Of a stretch of 32,000 nt of DNA, positions 30,565 to 32,000 are shown one piece after another. The notes below the pieces were generated by a model. It did no database searches and was not told where the DNA came from. It saw nothing but the letters and a program-made list of their open reading frames with translations. Within the stretch, counting starts at the first letter, position 1. The number at the start of each line of letters is the position of its first letter. The translations under genes were made by a program, and so were the position numbers. Source of the stretch: Nitrosospira multiformis ATCC 25196 (lineage in GTDB: Bacteria; Pseudomonadota; Gammaproteobacteria; Burkholderiales; Nitrosomonadaceae); NCBI RefSeq assembly GCF_000196355.1, contig NC_007614.1, positions 120,001-152,000 on the forward strand, read 5' to 3'.

Positions 30565-32000
30565 TCAGTTCCGGATCAGCTCCTGAAAGAGTTTTGCCCA
30601 GCGCGCAATGGTGCCAGCATCAAACGCGCCGATGCCCTTTTTGAGCGCCTGTTCCTTGACGCGCTTTGCAACTTCAACTCTCCATTCATCCCGTAACACC
30701 AGGTCCTGTGCTTCGGCCCAGGCCTGCACCTGCGCCACCACGGGCTTGCCGTTGACCAGGACGTCCGCAAAGGCCGTGTCCGTATTCCTCTCCCAGCGGT
30801 CTATTACTTGTGCAAAAAACGGTGCAGGTATCAGATCTTCTGTCGTGGAGTTGCTGAAGAGAACGTAATTATCCGTCGAAAAGATACGCTCCTGCGCGTC
30901 GCTGTACAAATCCGACTTCAACTCTGCATTGATCTGCTTTCCTGCTTCGTCATCCCGCAGGACTACCTTGGGCAGCGGCTCGTCGCGCCCACTAATGATG
31001 CTTGCGATCACGCCTACCGTTTTGCTGGCGCCAGCCGGCGGAAAGAGCAGTTCGCGCTTCGGGGCTATCTTGTTTGCCCCAATGAGGAGTGTCTTGATGG
31101 TCGAGAGATAATATTGATCCGAGACGCGCTGCACGACGACCGGTTGACAGCCCGTTACCATGCTCTCGGCAATATTCAGGTTCAAGGCCGAGTGAACCAC
31201 ATAGGCGGCTCCCGCCTGCCGGACATCCTTTTCCACGCTACGAAGGTCCGACGTCACTTGCGTCGTTCCGTTCGCGGAAACATATACCTTGCGCGCGCGT
31301 CCCAGGTGCTCTGCATCCAGCAGGAATGGTGAATGGGTCGTGTAGAGGATTTTGTTGACTTTTGCAAGACTGTCAAAGAAGGCAAAAAGGTTGCGCTGCG
31401 CCAGGGGGTGCAGGGACAATCCGGGCTCGTCCAGCAACAAGACGGCGTTCTGGTGCTCACCCCCGCTTTCCACGAGGAAGACCAGATAAAAACTCAGAAA
31501 CCACTGCAGCCCCGTGCTTCTGCTTTCGAGCTCAACTTCCTCCGGGCGGCGGTCATCGGAAACCCATATGCGGAAATGGCTTCCATCCGCTTCGAAGCGG
31601 AATTTGTAATCTCCCTGCTTCCACCAGTTTCTGAACTTTTCCGTCAGAAGCCCGCCTGCCGATTGCAGCAGGATGGAACGCTCCCTTTTCTTCATCGCGA
31701 TTTCCCGGATTTCTTCCACTGTGGGTTCACGACGACGGCCCTTGCGCCTTGGAAAGTCCCGCCCGAGTTCAAGAATTTCTCCCGGCTCGAGGCCTACGAA
31801 TTTAAAAAGAACGCGCAATGTACGCGACTTGGCTGCTTCTCTGGGCCCAAGGTCAGTGCGTTGAAGATTCTGTACTACGTGGGGAAGATAGATTTCAGAA
31901 TCGAGATTTCCGAATTCAGAGTAATAGACAAATTTGGGAAGGGAGTGGATGACCGTATCCACAACATCCTCTGCCTCTTCCCCCGATGATCTCCTGATCT
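30565..32000 (-). CDS. AAA family ATPase, OLD-like, truncated by the window edge
   Basis: Walker B-like AVLLLDEPGLSLHPLAQ and TTHSPFLL; C-terminal TOPRIM-like region (VVVQRVSDQYYLSTI, PKVVLRDDEAG). The frame stays open through 32000, so the GTG start at 31962 is probably not the true start. Confidence 0.75.
   Translation of the reverse strand, partial: IRRSSGEEAEDVVDTVIHSLPKFVYYSEFGNLDSEIYLPHVVQNLQRTDLGPREAAKSRTLRVLFKFVGLEPGEILELGRDFPRRKGRRREPTVEEIREIAMKKRERSILLQSAGGLLTEKFRNWWKQGDYKFRFEADGSHFRIWVSDDRRPEEVELESRSTGLQWFLSFYLVFLVESGGEHQNAVLLLDEPGLSLHPLAQRNLFAFFDSLAKVNKILYTTHSPFLLDAEHLGRARKVYVSANGTTQVTSDLRSVEKDVRQAGAAYVVHSALNLNIAESMVTGCQPVVVQRVSDQYYLSTIKTLLIGANKIAPKRELLFPPAGASKTVGVIASIISGRDEPLPKVVLRDDEAGKQINAELKSDLYSDAQERIFSTDNYVLFSNSTTEDLIPAPFFAQVIDRWERNTDTAFADVLVNGKPVVAQVQAWAEAQDLVLRDEWRVEVAKRVKEQALKKGIGAFDAGTIARWAKLFQELIRN

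Overview
The window looks like a betaproteobacterial chromosome, probably an ammonia oxidiser of the Nitrosospira type (inferred from gene content and order, not tested). It has several parts. (1) About 1-10137 is AT-richer accessory DNA. It holds a secreted metzincin-type protease, a lipoprotein, a HigB/HigA-like toxin-antitoxin pair, a decayed staphylococcal-nuclease-like gene, an AvcD/anti-phage dCTP-deaminase-like protein, an AAA ATPase-HNH pair resembling Septu (PtuA/PtuB), a DUF2971-like protein whose conserved coding frame extends 5' of its first ATG, and an integrase C-terminal fragment. This block ends abruptly inside comM, leaving about 225 codons of comM. (2) About 10140-22160 is ordinary core genome: ubiK, amgK, murU, pepP, ubiH-like, dusB-fis, purH, purD, hemF, and a tRNA-Ala(CGC) with the G3:U70 identity pair. 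(3) A decayed tRNA-Ala-associated mini-island follows (about 22162-24320), with a truncated integrase, an IS3/IS407-like element with imperfect inverted repeats and a 4-bp GCCC duplication, duplicated terminator-like hairpins, and a degenerate copy of the tRNA 3' end. (4) About 24447-30487 holds a sulfotransferase, a JmjC/cupin_8 protein, a NodU-family carbamoyltransferase and an N,N-dimethylformamidase-beta-like protein, possibly a biosynthetic or modification locus. (5) An OLD-like AAA ATPase runs off the right edge. The best candidates for follow-up are the defence block abutting the disrupted comM and the carbamoyltransferase/DMFase-like locus. No wholly new system can be claimed from sequence alone.
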